Assembly: GCA_965153285.1 (NCBI GenBank)
Contig: OZ229110.1
Direction: 5' to 3' (one strand)
DNA: 64,000 nucleotides
Origin: Podarcis tiliguerta
Lineage: Eukaryota
In this document: positions 63,057 through 64,000 of the stretch, one piece after another
Layout of the letters: each line of letters begins with the position of its first letter
How positions within the stretch are numbered: the first letter of the stretch is position 1
The notes under the pieces: model-generated
What the model saw: only the letters and a program-made list of their open reading frames with translations
What the model was told of the DNA's origin: nothing
The model's database searches: none
Position numbers and translations under genes: made by a program

Positions 63057-63947
63057 CTTTGGCTTCACTTCCATGTTTATTCCCAGTGATTTCCTGAAGG
63101 TTTACATTTGGCTCACTTCTTTGTTTGGCCCTCTCCTCTCTCTTGGCCTTCTCCCTTTGCATCCGCTCCATGTGCAGGGTTTTCAGATCCACCTTCTTCT
63201 TGCTAATATGGCTTCCACTCTCCTCACAGGAGGCATGGGTGTCTTTCGAGGGGCTTGGGGGTCTGCAGGTTAACTCTTGTTCGGGGGCCTGGGATTCTTT
63301 GGGGGTGCCTGCAGGTCTGCAGGACAACTCTTGTTCACAGGCCTTAGCATCTTCCAGAGAAAAGTCTGTTGCAGTGCCTCTCTTACGGACACTGATGTAT
63401 CTCTCTCTACCTTCTCCTGTGCTCACATGCTGCAGCCCATGTTCCTCTGCCAGACGGTGGACAATCAACCTGTCATGAGCATTTAATGACGAAGGGAAAT
63501 CCAGTTGGGTCTCACTGCTCTCCAGAAACTCCAGTATCCTGGCTTCATGCTTACATGAATTGCCCTTCACTACAGTATCCACTGTTGCCCCCCAGGCTGG
63601 GCTTTGAACAGAACCCTCTATGGGCCTCTGCCCAGTCCGTTTGGCTGGTTTTCCTCTTGGCTTCTCTCCATCTGTCTTTGGGGCAAGTGGAGCGTTGCAC
63701 TTAAGTCTCTTTTCTTGGTCACCCAGACCCTGAGAGCTCTTGGGAGCAGCATAGTTATCTGGCACGATGTCATCCAGGTATTCAAAAGCGGTGCGCACCT
63801 CCCCATGCTGGTTCATATAGTCCACCAGGCGTTTAAGGAAAATGTGGTTGCCAATGGTCCGAGAGTCACAGATCACAGCCACATGGCGGCGGGCACGAGT
63901 AATTGCAACATTTAGTCTCCGGTCTTCAGCAAGGAATCCTACTTCAC
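63057..63947 (-). CDS. IGHMBP2: IGHMBP2 (SMUBP2) large exon: helicase motif VI, linker, R3H domain (about 63379-63552), basic region
   Basis: Minus-strand acceptor tacag at 63948-63952, donor G|gtacat, 891 nt, phase 1/1. Contains GEVGFLAEDRRLNVAITRARRHVAVICDS (UPF1-like SF1 motif) and FPSSLNAHDRLIVHRLAEEHGLQHVSTGEG (R3H). Confidence 0.97.
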
Positions 63948-64000
63948 CTGTATTTCATAAAGACAATAATACAGGCCTCAAAAAAATAGCATATGGAAAA

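Noticed and set aside
1-64000. CRISPR arrays, operons, rRNA, or endogenous viral ORFs
   Set aside because: The sequence is eukaryotic exon-intron DNA with no repeat-spacer array, no rRNA-like tract and no long viral ORF.

Overview
Vertebrate genomic DNA, most likely a squamate and probably a lacertid lizard (judged from the SINE families). It holds two convergent spliced genes. On the + strand is the complete coding region of SYT12 (synaptotagmin-12): 7 coding exons from 4314 to 33813, 1263 nt, 420 aa, all GT-AG. A 22.9-kb intron splits the C2A domain, and the first non-coding exon or promoter was not located and probably lies upstream of the window. On the - strand are the last three coding exons of IGHMBP2 (end of the SF1 helicase, R3H domain, AN1 zinc finger), from 63947 down to the stop at 56471. 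The rest is intron, UTR or intergenic DNA with many transposable elements: a young full-length Sauria SINE with a target-site duplication (TSD), four TA-flanked Tc1/mariner(pogo)-type MITEs (one carrying a nested SINE), several hAT MITEs with 8-bp TSDs (one resembling OposCharlie1), tRNA-derived SINEs, and RTE, L2 and CR1 LINE remnants. Almost all other ORFs in the track look like chance ORFs or TE debris. I found no convincing novel multi-gene system. The best leads are an in-frame alternative donor inside the IGHMBP2 zinc finger, a 54-bp coding duplication in IGHMBP2, an AG|GT recursive-type site on the SYT12 start-codon exon, and the SYT12-IGHMBP2 adjacency. Comparisons with human proteins and repeat consensuses are from memory, not from searches.
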